Shown: positions 16,588-16,680 of the stretch, one piece after another
Position numbering within the stretch: the first letter of the stretch is position 1
Layout of the letters: each line of letters opens with the position of its first letter
Assembly: GCA_016926735.1 (NCBI GenBank)
Contig: JAFGOA010000007.1
Coordinates: 1 to 16,680 of the forward strand
Length of the DNA stretch: 16,680 nt
Direction: 5' to 3'
Source: Promethearchaeota archaeon
Lineage (GTDB): Archaea > Asgardarchaeota > Lokiarchaeia > Sigyniarchaeales > SOKP01
The notes under the pieces: generated by a model
Told to the model about the DNA's origin: nothing
Databases searched by the model: none
The model's input: only the letters and a program-made list of their open reading frames with translations
Translations under genes and position numbers: made by a program

Positions 16588-16680
16588 AGAAAATTATTGA
16601 AGAATTCTTATGGTTGGATTTTATATGACATATTATTTTGGTAATAAATAAAATTAAAAAAATAAAAAAAAAAAAAAAAA

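Noticed and set aside
16664-16680. Terminal A17 run as a poly(A) tail or retroelement end
   Set aside because: A-runs are common throughout this window and this one sits at the window edge; more likely a homopolymer at an assembly break or a minus-strand T-tract.
1-16680. CRISPR array, tRNA/rRNA, IS or integrase
   Set aside because: No regularly spaced repeats, GC-rich structured RNA segments or transposase/recombinase motifs were seen.

Overview
Very AT-rich, gene-dense archaeal-type window with 12 credible CDS: nine on +, two on -, then one short gene on +. I found no rRNA, tRNA, CRISPR array or mobile element. The gene mix resembles Asgard archaea of the Lokiarchaeia type (inference, not a database result): a stand-alone roadblock/LC7 protein, a longin-like protein, a large sequon-rich surface protein with a TM plus basic tail, a TrmB-type HTH fusion and oligo-T terminators. 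In order: cis-prenyltransferase (uppS-like); Ig-like/alpha-solenoid hypothetical; a divergent glutamate-cysteine-ligase-2 (YbdK-like) carboxylate-amine ligase closely followed by a metallo-amidohydrolase; coiled-coil protein; MglB/roadblock protein with an acidic C-terminal extension; 959-aa surface protein with duplicated Ig-like domains; longin-like + tandem winged-helix protein (NPRL2-like layout); TrmB-HTH/helical-repeat/PLD-like protein; beta-sandwich hypothetical; tandem-RHH + V4R-like regulator; small zinc-ribbon protein. The best leads are the ligase/hydrolase pair (possible amide writer/eraser) and the roadblock + longin-WH-WH neighbourhood (possible small-GTPase regulatory module). 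All domain calls come from reading motifs by eye and need HMM or structure confirmation.
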